From positions 4,079,708 through 4,143,707 of the forward strand of contig JARDVH010000031.1 in NCBI GenBank assembly GCA_030324005.1: a stretch of DNA of 64,000 nucleotides, read 5' to 3'. Positions 25,585 through 38,627 of this stretch are shown in pieces. Source of the stretch: Negaprion brevirostris (lineage: Eukaryota). The notes under the pieces were generated by a model. It searched no databases, was not told where the DNA came from, and worked only from the letters and a program-made list of their open reading frames with translations. The stretch's first letter is position 1, and every line of letters starts with the position of its first letter. The position numbers and the translations under genes are program-made.

Positions 25585-25858
25585 TTTTTCATGGGATGTG
25601 GGCATCATTGACCAGGCCAGTATTTGTTGCCTATTCCTAATTGCCAGACCAGGAAAGGATGACAGATTTCTTTCCCTAAAGGACATCAGTGAACCAGATT
25701 TTTGCTACACTCAATGATAGTTGTCATGTCACCATTACTGAGAAGAGCTTCATATTCCGGATTTATCAATCGAATTCAAGTTCCACCAGCTGCCCCAGAG
25801 CATTAGCCTGGACTTCTGGATTATTAACCTAGTGATGTTACCACTGTGTTACCATCTC
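25585..25858 (-). mobile_element. SINE copy (same family as 6878-7205)
   Basis: Colinear similarity to 6878-7205. Confidence 0.75.
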
Positions 25859-27949
25859 TGACAGTACAGGGCGCACATAAGCTATGGTCTGATTGAATGG
25901 TGGAAAAGACGAAGGGCTGATGGCATATTCCTGTTGCTATGTAACTATCACTGAATTTCCTACTTATCATAGAAAGTACAGAGGTAATATCGCATTAATG
26001 GAAGCCATTCAGTCCATCAATCCTGCACCTGGTCTCTTGAAGGACAACCCAGTTAATCTTACTTCCCTGCTCCTTCCCTATATTACTGCAATATTTTTGC
26101 TTCAGTGTTTATCCAGTCTCTCTTGGCCAAACTGTTCATTCCAAACTCAAATCACTCCTTGTGTTTAAAAAAAGTTTTTCTATACGCTACCTCTAGTTTT
26201 TTAAAAAAACAATTATCTGAAATCTGTACTCTCTTTATCTATCTTAAGCCATTGGAAACAATCTGTCTTGATTACGAAGTCTAAAGCCTTCAAAAATTTC
26301 AACAAATTATCAAATCTGCTCTTAACCTTCACTGCTTTACTATTACTTACCTTCACTATTACTTACGTGGCGAAAAACTGCAGCAGGCGACGGTGCAGAG
26401 GGACCTCGGGGTCCTTGTGCATGAGTCGCANNNNNNNNNNNNNNNNNNNNNNNNNNNNNNNNNNNNNNNNNNNNNNNNNNNNNNNNNNNNNNNNNNNNNN
26501 NNNNNNNNNNNNNNNNNNNNNNNNNNNNNNNNNNNNNNNNNNNNNNNNNNNNNNNNNNNNNNNNNNNNNNNNNNNNNNNNNNNNNNNNNNNNNNNNNNNN
26601 NNNNNNNNNNNNNNNNNNNNNNNNNNNNNNNNNNNNNNNNNNNNNNNNNNNNNNNNNNNNNNNNNNNNNNNNNNNNNNNNNNNNNNNNNNNNNNNNNNNN
26701 NNNNNNNNNNNNNNNNNNNNNNNNNNNNNNNNNNNNNNNNNNNNNNNNNNNNNNNNNNNNNNNNNNNNNNNNNNNNNNNNNNNNNNNNNNNNNNNNNNNN
26801 NNNNNNNNNNNNNNNNNNNNNNNNNNNNNNNNNNNNNNNNNNNNNNNNNNNNNNNNNNNNNNNNNNNNNNNNNNNNNNNNNNNNNNNNNNNNNNNNNNNN
26901 NNNNNNNNNNNNNNNNNNNNNNNNNNNNNNNNNNNNNNNNNNNNNNNNNNNNNNNNNNNNNNNNNNNNNNNNNNNNNNNNNNNNNNNNNNNNNNNNNNNN
27001 NNCTAATCCCCCTAACGTATACATCTTTACATAGCAAGGGGCAATTTAGCATGGCCAATCCACCTAACCTGCACATCTTTGGAAAAATTCATAATACTTC
27101 ACCATTACTATTCATGCTTGTCCAAGAGGCTGTCATTTTCACCCAGATTATTGTTTCTTTTAAGAATATTTTCATTGTGGTTGACTCTCAACCGTCGCCC
27201 AAGGGCAACTGGGGATGGGCAATAAATGCTGACGAGCCAATGATGCCCATGTCCCATGAATAAATAAAAAAAATTAGGAATTTTCCGGTTTACATTTACC
27301 ACAAAACACAACAAATCCCCAAAATCACAGTATAGAGTAACCATTATTCCACATAAAGCTGCGGAAAAGACCAGTGGAAATGATTCCAATTATTAATCAT
27401 TGTAGTTGGCGTCTCCTCTCGTACAGATAAAAGGATACAAAGAAGAGTGGGGGGTGGTTTCAGGATAACAGGATGCAGTCATGAATACGTGGCCCCAAGG
27501 TGCACAACCTCCTCCACACAGTAATACAGAACTGCACAATATACCCAGGACCTCCAAACAATGAAAGGATAACCCAGAAAAAGGGAAACTTCAGAATGCT
27601 GCCATCAGTACAATATGCTGTCATGTACAGGAACCAGTAAACTAAGGATTTGTACACGTCACCTAGGCTTGCAACCTCCCTCCTCTCCAACTGTGTCAGA
27701 GGCACCGATTAGGCTCCCCATCCCCAGAAAACTTAAAACCATTTTCCCACTAACAAAGAAAAGGGGAATTGTCAAGACACCCGTATCTCAGGAATAAATA
27801 TGACCATCCTCCCAACAAGTAAGGGAAACTCTCCAGGATTAACTATAAAAATCAGCCCTATCAACGCCTCATCCCACCCAAATGAAGAAAGGAAGTCCCA
27901 GAGAGAGAGGAGCATCAGGATTATCCAATAGATGCCAGACGTTGTTTTT

Positions 27950-28138
27950 CCACATTTAAGTCACCATTGCCCCACATATCAGAGGCTCGTGGTGATTTAA
28001 TCAGAGGTCAGCACATCTCAGGCGAAGGTTGAGAAGGTGGGCCTTCATGAATAATCCTAGCCGGTGCGGGAATTGAACCCACGCTGTTGCCTGTGCTTTG
28101 CATCGCAAACCAGCCAAACAGTCCACTGAACTAAACCA
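27950..28138 (-). mobile_element. tRNA-derived SINE
   Basis: Reverse strand reads ggtttagttcagtgg...gggttcaattcccgcacc (A-box/B-box-like). Confidence 0.65.
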
Positions 28139-31100
28139 ATGCCCAATAGATTTGTCAGAATTGAGACTTCTACATACCTCATGAGTTTTGTCACAAATAC
28201 TATCACAGGAAGGACACCAGGAGCATAACAGTACAACTTTGCAAGGAACAGGACACTGTCCTATGTCCCCTTCACCCTACGGGAGCCTAAGCCTTGAAGA
28301 AAGACAGACAGACTGGAAGTCTTCATATAAGACCACTTGGGGGAGGCAATCTACTTTGCCAGCCAAAGAGAGACTCCATCAATGCTGAACTGAAGCACCC
28401 AGTCTCGTGCACGTTGTGTGACCAGCAGGACATTGTATTCCTGAAGGAACCAAGTCTCAGGAGAGAGAGCAGTCCGGGAGCCCCCAGAAGGGAATGTCTT
28501 AGGGAGGGCAACCTTCTCCCCTGTCCAACATACTCTTCACCTGACCCGGATGAACAAAGCCATGACTGCCCAAACCTGCTGAATGACACCCTGCCTTTTT
28601 AAAATTCTAATTTAGTTTACCAGAGCTTTGGGAATCCTCTTTTCCAAATGAGCAAAATTTCATTTTGTACCTCAAACATGCCTAATGCCTTCACCAATAG
28701 ATCTCCATTTTGGTCTCAAAGCAGCTTTACTGCTCCTGTGTCAACCTGTTTATTGTTAATATGACTATAGAAGACCTTTTGGATTTCCTTTTGATATTAG
28801 CCACCAAACTATTCTTCGACTTTCTTTGCTTATCTTATTTCCTTTTTCACTTCCTTGCACCTTTCACATTCTCCCTTGTACTATTATGTTCATTATCTGC
28901 TTCATCCTACTCCCCCCTTCTTCCGTCTTTCGTTTGCCCCCCCCCCATCCTGTCTGAGCTCATTAATCGTTTGCAAGAATAGGGGGAGATGGTGCATAGT
29001 GGTAATGAACCAATAATCCCAGGTTATCACTATTTTGTTCATTAGAAGACATGGAGTACCTGCATTTTCAATGGCAGTGATGGTGTAGCTGCAGTAATGA
29101 AAGACAGCAAGCTGTAATTTTGAGTGGGTGTCATCAAGATCTGGGTACATTATATTCATTGTCACTGACAATCTGTCCATTATTACGCACATGATCTCTT
29201 TGTCGGTCTTAATTATTCAGGAAGAAACAGCTGAAACGCAAATTTTTAACATTGACTGGGGCAGTTCTCAACAACAATCACTCCAAATTTACCTGAATGG
29301 GAAAATTTACCTGAATTGGTTGTAATCTCAATGTTGGTCCACTTGTACAGTGGTGCAGTTTCTCTCCCTGAAGAGCACCCCAATTCAGTGACTTTGATAT
29401 GGGTTTAGTTTGGTGCCTCTGTATAGACTACTACAAGGGAAGGATCATGTCGAAGGCTAAAGAACACCTGTCATTTAAATAATCGCAGTGACCTGGACTA
29501 ACTGTTTCTGATGGCTCAGATCAGGTCATGTTGCCCAGTGTTATAGTGCATGATTGTTCAAAACTATAATACATCTAAGGAGTTGCTCAGATTCGGAACT
29601 GATTTTTAAACAGATGTTTCCTTTGGTATAGCACAGAATGACTGACTTTATTTCTGAAAGATCACTGTAACAAAATACTGCAATTTAACAGTAAACTGGT
29701 GACTAATAGAATGCCTGTTCCAGAAACTAGATATGTTTATATATGTGACATTTTTCACACCGACAGAATACAACCAATTTTCAATTTAAGTTATAAAAAA
29801 GCAGCATTAACCAGATCTGAGCAATACTATCTGAATTGTGTTGGAAAACCAGTAATATACCACAGGATTGGTGACTTTGCCAACAGCAATACAAACTGAA
29901 ATAAGCCAATACATGCTCTGCTCAAATGCAATTTAGATGATGAGAGTCGGATTGAAAGTACCACTTGCAACTTTGAGAACACACACAAGCACACGTGTGC
30001 ACAGACACACGTACGCAGGCATGTGGCGCCCTTTGATGCATGCCTAAAAGCACTTATGGGGTTTTTAACCATGTTCCCAAAAAGACAGAACCCCAAATGC
30101 CATTCAATCTCATACATGTTGCAGTAATGTCATCGCTGCGTTAATGTAACCTTATTTGTGATGCTAATGAATAAACTTCAAAAAACTTCTAAGATACAGA
30201 ATGAAGTCAGTACCTCTGTCCTTATTTTAAGCTCTTCAACCAACACCCCATGGTCTTCTGCCTTTACAAGCCCAGTTGGCAGACTCTTTACCCACAATAC
30301 ACTGAGAGCCTGCAAGGGGCCACACAGGACATGCTGCAATCATTCTTCCGCTACAACTTCTCTATCCTCAGGCTTTAAGGGATGGAAATTCATAATTTTG
30401 TTTTTTTTTAACTCAAAGCCCAGTCTAAATGATTGCTTTAGATTTCAAATGAACAACACAACTGTTACTTAAAATCATCATGGAAAAAGACTTGCCTGGA
30501 ATAAAGTCACCTCAGCGACTTCGGATCAGTGTTTTCCTGCTCTAAGGGGACTTAAAATTCAGAGCATGATGTTGCTGTGTGTTGCCTACTGATTACAGAG
30601 CTATTAGGGTCTGATTGAAGCCCCCCACAGCCACGGGCAGCGTAGACTCCCCAAATTGTGGGGCCCCGTCCTAGGCAGGGTGTATTTCATTGTAAGTCTG
30701 TCTCTGTGCCTGCTTACTTGTTTGCTAAGGTCACTGCTGCTGCATGCCAAGACATCTATTTCACCTATTGTTGGACTGAAACTACTATGGAGAAAGGGGA
30801 GATTCTCCCACTGGGATCGCTAAATCTTTGTGTGTACCAAAGATTTGTATACCTTTTTCAAAGTTAGCGATGAGCTTTATTGCTGAATGCAAAATCTGGG
30901 TCTATAGGTACATACTGAATAAGAAGCAGCAATATCCACTGTCTTCCTGTCATGTAAATTTGATACTGGTGTTATTGAAATTCCTGTCCAACACTTCGGA
31001 TACATTCAGCATTTTAACAAATGGATACATTTGTACATTTTTGCCTCTCGATTGTTGGTTAAGAAGTGAAGCTACTCAAATGGATCTTTGCTGACCTTCA

Positions 31101-31589
31101 TAACCAAAACTACCGGAGCATCTAGGAGAGAAGGCCACTTGTTACCCAATATGGAAAGTTTTGTGTATCTTTTTGCTTCTCAGACTAAGGGTTCTGCAGA
31201 GGCTTGAGTAGAAAATAATGGTTACATTTGTATTATGTGGCTGTACGTTCAGTTGTTAATCTTGTGGTCCACATGGCTTGTGGTGATGCGTAACCGTTAT
31301 CGTTGCTGTATAGTAATCATTAAACAAGTGCTCCAATCCCAAGAGGAGTTCTATTTCAGTTCTGCTATTGGATGAGCCATTTTGTGTTCTAATTCACAAT
31401 TTAATACTTTATGCCTTGGTATATAAAATGTTATATTTTGTACAATTTAAATAATTTTACAAAGAAAGGATACCTATTTATAATAAAAGCTTTCACAATT
31501 GTAGGCATGAGGTTGGAGAAATTAGGGACAAAAGAGGGATCTACACAAAGGCTTGACAAGGCAACAATTGAATATTTTATATCTTCAGC

Positions 31590-32395
31590 AAAGAAGAAGA
31601 TGCTACTCAGGTCATAGAGAAAGAGGGTGTAGTTGAGATACTGGATGGGCTAGAATTTGAAAGGTGGTATTAGAAAGGCTGTGACTGTACTTAAAGTTGA
31701 TAAGTCACCAGGACCAGATTGAATGCATCCAAAGAATTTTGAAGGACCTAAAGGTGAAATTGCTGAGGTACCACTCATAATCTTCCAGTCCTCTTTAGAT
31801 ACAGTGTTGGTGACAAGAATTTGGAAAGTCACTTTAAACTTGATGGTGGGAAAGCTTTTAGAAATAGTGATCCTCAACAAAATTAACATTCACTTGGGCA
31901 GGTGAAAATTAAAAAAGGAAATTCAGAATGGATTTGTTCAAGGCAAGTTGTGCTGAACTAACTTGGTTGAAATTTTTGGCGAGGGAATGAAGAGGTTGGT
32001 AAAGGTAATGTAACTGAAGTCTACATAGCCTTCCAAGAGGCATTTGATAAATGTTGCATTCAGGCTTTTCAGAAAAGTTGAAGCTTATGGAATAAAGTGG
32101 GCAGTGTCAACTAGATACCAAGTTGGCTGAGTGGCAGGAAACAGTAGTGGTAAGTGGATGTTTTTCAGACAAGAGGATGTTATACAGTTGGGTTCCCCAG
32201 GAGTCAGTACTAGGATTATAGCTTTTCTTGATGTTCATTAATGACCTAGATTTGAATGTATAGGCACCACTTTAAAATTTGCAGACAACACAAAACTTGG
32301 AAGTATTATCAGTTGTGAGGAGGATTGTTATAGAATTCAGGAGGGCCAGGTTAGTGAATAAGTGATAGATGAAATTTAATGCAGGAAAGTGATTC
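31590..32395 (+). mobile_element. CR1 LINE reverse transcriptase fragment, decayed
   Basis: Motifs SPGPD*MHP, GKLLEIVI, QNGFVQGKLC*TNL, AFQEAFDK, GVPQESVLG, FINDL, KFADNTKLG with stops and frameshifts. Confidence 0.9.
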
Positions 32396-32532
32396 ACAGT
32401 TAATGAAGTGCTTTTGTAGTGTAATGTAGAAAACATCCGCTGTCATTTTTCACTGGAGTGTTTTGCTTGCTAAAGCATGTTGGAGAATACTAAGTAGTTG
32501 ACAAACTTGTTTCTTGTCTTTTTATTTTTCAG

Positions 32533-32619
32533 TTATTACAAAATGCTCCTGATGAGGTCCTTGTAGTGGCGTCATCAACATTGTGCAATCTTCTCCTTGA
32601 ATTCTCCCCAAGCAAAGAG
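32533..32619 (+). CDS. ARMC8: ARMC8 exon ~15 (87 nt) [29 protein letters not shown]
   Basis: tttttcag| acceptor, |gttcgc donor, phase 0-0. Confidence 0.96.
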
Positions 32620-33013
32620 GTTCGCCTTTATCAAATGAATGGGCATATAACTGCCACTGTTGTTGTTATTAATTATTAAATACACCCGAATATTTTCTGG
32701 TGGCTGCTGAAATATGTTGTCATTAATTTGTTTCAGATATTAATTAGGCCACTATAAGATTTAAAATAATATTCTCATACTATTCATTTTTTAAAAATGC
32801 CACTAAATTGCAACACACATTTACTCAAAAGGTGATTGGGAAACCAAAGTTGGTAGTGGTGTGGCTGTTAAAATGATAAGTGTCAAGATGCTGCATAATT
32901 TTGGTTAGCTTTTTATACCAACTACCAGATTCTGAACTTTCAGGAAAAGATGATGATCCTTTTTTCTAATAAATTAAGTGTATAAAAAAAAGTCATAATC
33001 TTGTATGTTCCAG

Positions 33014-33106
33014 CCTATCTTGGAGTCAGGAGCTGTAGAGCTACTGTGCAACTTGACTCAGAGTGAAAATCCAGCCCTCAGAGTTAATGGGATATGGGCT
33101 TTAATG
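33014..33106 (+). CDS. ARMC8: ARMC8 exon ~16 (93 nt) [31 protein letters not shown]
   Basis: gttccag| acceptor, |gtaaga donor, phase 0-0. Confidence 0.97.
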
Positions 33107-33744
33107 GTAAGAACTTTTCGTAATAAGGCTAATCATATTGTGTTATTTAAATTATTTATTTCCTACAAACAATCTCAGGCTGTTTTAGAAAATGGTTCAA
33201 GAGCTTTTTAATTGTTTACCATTCCACACACTTCAATTGAAGATCTATCTGGAAGTACACAGGACTTGCTTTTTCCAATTTGTTGCAAAGTTTATTTCCT
33301 GTACCAGTGGATGCAGACACTGCTCCTGCATAAGTAGAATTATTTGACCATTTAAGTTGCTCTGAGTAGTCAGTTCTAAGCTTTTTCTGTGTGACAAATT
33401 TTTGATGGATAATAAAAATTATTTTGAGATTTGATAGAAAACATGCTCAACATTTAAGTTTAGGAATGTTACCAAAAATAAGTTGTGCTTATTAAATTGA
33501 AGTGCTTAATGGACTCCCTTGTCAATCAGTCCATTAAATTTATTGTTTTTTTCTATATTCGTCCCCATCCCTTTTCTAAAGGATGGGAGGGGGCAGCTGA
33601 ATTAACAGCATATTTCATTTACATAACATCTTTAATGTCGAAAAGTCTAAAGATGCTTGATGGATACATGAAATCAAGAGACCAAACCAAAGAGATTAGT
33701 CAAGGGTGAATAAACACTTGGTCAAAGATTTGCACTGAATTTTA

Positions 33745-34990
33745 TTTTTATGCATCCATGGTTTGAGGGCACCAGTAGGATGCAAGCATTTATATTCCAT
33801 CCCTAATTTCTCCTAGAGGGTACTGGTGAGCTTCCTGCTTGAACCACTGCAGTCCATGTGCTGTAAGTAGACCCATAAGTGCTATTAGGTAGGGGGTCTC
33901 AGGATTTTGACCCAGCAACAATAACGGAACACTGATGTATTTCCATGTCAGGATGGCATGAGACTTAGTATGGAGCTTGCATGTGGTGGCATCCCCATGC
34001 ATCAGTTTCTCTTCTAGGCATTAGAGCTGGCACCTTCAGAAGGTGCTGCTGAAGAAGCCTTGTTGAAATGCTGCTGTGTGTCTTGCATAATGATGCACAC
34101 TGCAGCCACGGTGCCCCACTGGTAGAGGGAGAGAATGTTTAAGATGGTGGATAGGGTGCCAATCAAGTGGGGTGCTTTATCCTGGATGATGTTGAGCTTT
34201 TTGAGTATCAGCTGCATTTATCCAGTCAGGTGTTTTGGTAGGTGATGCACAGCCTTTGCAGTGTTAGGGGTTGAGTTACTCACTGAAGACTATCCAGTCT
34301 TTGATTGGCTCTTCTAGCCACAGTACTGATGTGGCTCATCCAGTTAAGGTTCTGGTCAGTGGTGACCTTACAAAATGTTGATTGTGTGGAATTCAGTTAT
34401 GGTAATATTATTGAATGTCAGGGTGAGGTGGTCAGATTCTCTCTTGTTGGAAATGTTTATTCATCTGTGGAGTGAACATTACTTGCCATTTATCAGCCCA
34501 AGCCTAAATGTTGTCCAGATCTTGCTGCATGTGGGCACAGACTGCTTCATTACTTGAGTTGCATATGGGACAGAAAGCAATGTTGTCAACAGTGAACATC
34601 TGTACTTTTGACCTTTTGACAGGGGAAGAGTCATTAATGAAACAACTAAAGAAGTTGGGAACCGAACCCTACCCTCAGGAACTCCTGCAGTGACGCACTT
34701 GGAGCTGATCTGCTGGCTTCCTTGCTTTATGCTAGTTATGATTCTGGCCAGTGGCGAGCTTTCCCCCTGATTTTCATTGCCTTCAATTTTGCTAGGACTG
34801 ATTAGTACCACACTCAGATATATACTGCTTTGATGTCAAAGACATCACGCTTACCTTACCCCTGGAATCCAGCTCTTTTGCCAATTTTTGGAATAAGGGC
34901 CTAATGTCTGGACTGGACTACTCCTGGCAGAACCCAAACTGAGCATCTGAGAGTGGATATCGATGAGGATGTGCTTTTGATGGCAGGTGC
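33745..34990 (-). mobile_element. LINE (CR1/L2 group) 3' ~1.2 kb, decayed
   Basis: Minus-strand ORF pieces AGVPEG and LKKLNIIQDKAPHLIG; shared 3' tail motif. Confidence 0.8.
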
Positions 34991-35614
34991 TGCAAACCGT
35001 CAGTACTTAATTCAAGTAACCGTTCTGCATGTGTGAGCCCAGACAGTGAATGTTGATAGACAACTCGAGTAAACATGATCATGTCTTTGCCTTTTCTCAC
35101 TCAATGTTGATGTGTGCTTAGTTGCCATTGGAGGATAAGTGATCAATGGTGCATATGGCCTGGTTTTGTTTTCTCCACCTTCTTGGTACAAGACTGCTGG
35201 AACTACCTTTGGTATCCCTCTGCGACTGTTTTACATTAGCCAATTCAATATGAACGCTGCTGATGTATGTGGTTCAATATCTTATATTCAATCAGTAAAT
35301 CATCTTGGGAGCCAAATTCACTGCAGTTATTAGGATTGAAATTTTGGGAGAATGCTTCTCCTTCATCTTTATTGTGATTAGTGAACTCCAGGCAAAACAA
35401 TAACTGGATGTTTGAATGAAAAATTATCCTCAAACTGGCAAAATAGATTAAATCGATGAAATGCCAAAAAATTGGATTAATTATCAGGCTTTTTGTGTTG
35501 GGGAACTGCATCCANNNNNNNNNNNNNNNNNNNNNNNNNNNNNNNNNNNNNNNNNNNNNNNNNNNNNNNNNNNNNNNNNNNNNNNNNNNNNNNNNNNNNN
35601 NNNNNNNNNNNNNN

Positions 35615-35765
35615 TAACATTTAAGAAAAACTTGGACAGGTTCATGGATGAGAGGGGTGCGGAGGGATATGGTCCAAGTGCAGGTCAGTGGAACTAGGTA
35701 AAAAGTGATTCAGCACAGACAAGAAGGGCCGAAAGGCCTGTTTCTGTGCTGTAATTTTCTATGGT
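35615..35765 (+). mobile_element. CR1 (HER1-like) LINE 3' tail
   Basis: TFKKNLDRFMDERGAEGYG then aagggccgaaaggcctgtttctgtgctgta...tctatg. Confidence 0.85.
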
Positions 35766-35766
35766 T

Positions 35767-35890
35767 CACCCGGGGGAAACCCATACAGACACGGAGAGAA
35801 CATGCAGTCTCTGCACAGACAGTGACCCAAGCCAGGAATCAAACCCAGGCCCCTGGCACTGTGAAGTGACAATGCTAACCACTGTGCCAC
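35767..35890 (-). mobile_element. HE1/V-SINE 5' portion
   Basis: Reverse strand gtggcacagtggttagca...ccaggggcctgggtttgattcctggcttgggtcactgtctgtg. Confidence 0.85.
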
Positions 35891-37469
35891 TTCCCAGAAC
35901 ACGAGAGAAAAAAGATATTTAGTTAAAACAGTTGGAACTATAATTAGAAACGTACCTGCAGAACATCATCCCAGTAATGATACAAACATTACGACACCCA
36001 TAAATTGAGTGAAAAGGATAAAAGGAGTAAAGAAAGACCACACTGGCCACAGTGCAATGTTAAAGCTGTAAAAAGAAAGTTTCAAATCAATAAATTGGTC
36101 ACTGAGTACACTGGCATTTCAAATGTGATAACATCAGTCTAGTTTCAGTCCTTGAAATATCTGGGCAGTATATGTACAGTTGGTGCACATTGACTGGAAG
36201 CACTATTTGCAATGTTGCAAAAAAGAATGTAGTCAAGTTCAATGATATGTGTATATCTATATTATCCATGTACTTCTGGACTGAGGATAACTTCCATATA
36301 TGTGTAAAAAAATCAGTCATCACTGAAACTTGCAAAGAGTAAACTACAGAACCTGCTCAATTGGTGTCTGATCACCTCGTGATATTTTAATATTTTCTGT
36401 TACCAATATAGCCCAATAGTTGATTTATGTAATTACTCAATGTACATGAACAGAAAACAGATTGGAATTATAATTGAGTGACAATGCCATTTAACTCTTC
36501 CCATTTAGGTTCAAATAACATGATGGAAAAGCAGTGCAGCAAATTTTTGTTTTCATTCATGGGTGCAGATGTCGCTGGCTAGGCTAGCATTTATTGCCCA
36601 TCCCTAACTGCTTTTGACAGTACTCCATGCATCTCAAGTACATGAACGGAATTACCAATTGTGATTTATTCTAAGGCTCATCACCAACTACATTTATTGA
36701 ATAAACTGAAAAATTATATGATATAAATGCTTAAACTGCTTTCACTTTATACTTGACCATGGTCAATGATTGAAACCTGCAACAAAGTATGGTTCTAAGG
36801 AAGCATATTCTTGGGCCCCAAGTGGCAAGCCTTTTGACCGTTGCTAGTTAATATATCAACAAATTAAAACAGCAGAAAAATATTGGTTTGTCTTATTTAA
36901 ATTGCATAATTTGAACTATGGGATAATTTGATGTGTTCAAGAAAAGTTTAATTTGATTAGATTAAACCAGCAAATATATTTTCATTTCAAGATATTTTTG
37001 TACACCATGGCAGTTGTTTAAGTTTTTAAGCATGGACCCTAAATTGTTAATTAGTTGATGTAACTTTAGCTTATCACTATGGTCCTGACATTTCCTGCTA
37101 AATGTTGTTTGTAAGTCTTGGTACTGATTCCTTCCTCACATCTTCGTTTTTAATTGTTTACTTAGAAATGGTTCCACAGGCTAATTTAACACACACCTCC
37201 AATTTGCATCATGTTGCACACAATTGTTAGACATTAAAACACAGTAGCTAACTCTCTGAAAAAGTTATTTACCTAGTTTATTTTCTGATATGCTTTTTCT
37301 TCTATATGCTTCTTCTTCTACAAGTTTATCCACTTCAGTCTTTAAGAGCCATTATGTTTCTGTTGGACAGCCTATATCAGAGTAAACCCCTAAAGAAATT
37401 TGTCCCAATTGTAGTGTGAATTCTTGCTTTCATCTGTGTGCAAGGGAAAAAATGTATGTCAGGATTAGT

Positions 37470-37775
37470 ATGTATGTTGCAACCTCAGGGCGTTCCAAAG
37501 CCTTTTAGTGCAATATGCGTTTGGCAGGTAGTTACTGCTGTAGTGAAACACAGTAGCAATTTGCAGACAGTAATCTTCCACAAGCGGCAATGTAATGCTG
37601 TCCAGATAATCTGTTTTTGTGATGTTTATATAGAGGGACAAATATTGGCCAAGGATTAAACCCCTACTGCTTTTCAATTATAGTGTTTTGGGATCCTTTG
37701 TGTCTTTCTGAAAGTGCAGATTGGGCCTCAATCTGAAGGACAGTAGTTACAACTGTGCTGCACTCCTTCAGTACT
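37470..37775 (-). mobile_element. Deu-domain SINE (SacSINE1/AmnSINE1-like)
   Basis: Reverse complement carries the Deu core (ggccaatatttgtccctc...catcacaaaaacagattatctgg); similar copy at 62105-62402. Confidence 0.7.
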
Positions 37776-38227
37776 TTTTTTTCTTTCATGGGATGTGGGC
37801 ATCTCTGGCAAGGCTAGAACATCCCAAACTGTCCCTCAGCTGAATGATTTACTATGCCATTTCAGAGTCAAACATATTACTGTGGGTCAGTGGCCAGACT
37901 GAGTAAGGATGGCAGACTTCCTTTCATAGTAGAAACATATCATAGAACCCTACAGTGCAGAAGGAGGCCCTTCGGCCCATCAAGTCTGCACCAAACACAA
38001 TCCCACTCAGGCCCTACCCCCATATCCCTACATGTCAATGTTTCTACAATTTCCGTCTCTGATTCTTTGGTTGCTGGAAACAGTTTCTCCTTTATCAAAA
38101 CCCTTTATAGTATTGAGTGCACTCATTAAACCTCCCTTTGATCTTATCTGCTGTAAGGAGAACAATCCCAGTTTCTCCAATCTCTCCACATAACTGAAGG
38201 CCCTCAAATTTTGCTAAGTAAAACATT

Positions 38228-38535
38228 CCCCGGGCTATTTCCCCGGGTTGAAACGGTTGCTACGAGAGGACACAGATTTAAGGTGCGGGGAGGCAAGTAC
38301 AGAAGTGATGTTAGGGTTAAGTTTTTCACTCAGAAGGTGGTGAGTGAATGGAATTGGCTGCCGTCAGTGGTGGTGGAGGCAAACTCGCTAGGGTCTTTTA
38401 AAAGACCTCTGGATGAGTATATGGGATTTAATGGGATTGGGGGTTATAGATAGGTCTATGGATTGGTAGGTATTGATGTGATCGGCGCAACTCGTGGGCC
38501 GAAGGGCCTGTTTGTGCTGTGGTGTTCTATGTTCT
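38228..38535 (+). mobile_element. Young CR1 LINE 3' end nested in an older minus-strand CR1
   Basis: Intact C-terminal peptide GLFPRVETVATRGHRFKVRGGKYRSDVRVKFFTQKVVSEWNWLP, tail ttctatgttcta; host continues at 38060-38225 and 38540-38625. Confidence 0.9.
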
Positions 38536-38627
38536 ATTCCGCGCACTCCAAGCTTTGATATTTTTCCTAAATTGTGGCACCCAGCATTGGACGCATACTG
38601 TATACTCCAATTTAAACCTAACTGGCA

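Noticed and set aside
26268-27263. Longest ORFs in the track (331 aa here; also 48500-49480, 52505-53177, 4355-5002)
   Set aside because: They run through N gaps (X residues) and are not real reading frames.
28040-28138. tRNA-like A/B boxes (also in the SINE heads at 35800-35890 and 45360-45439)
   Set aside because: No complete cloverleaf; they continue into SINE bodies, so they are not tRNA genes.
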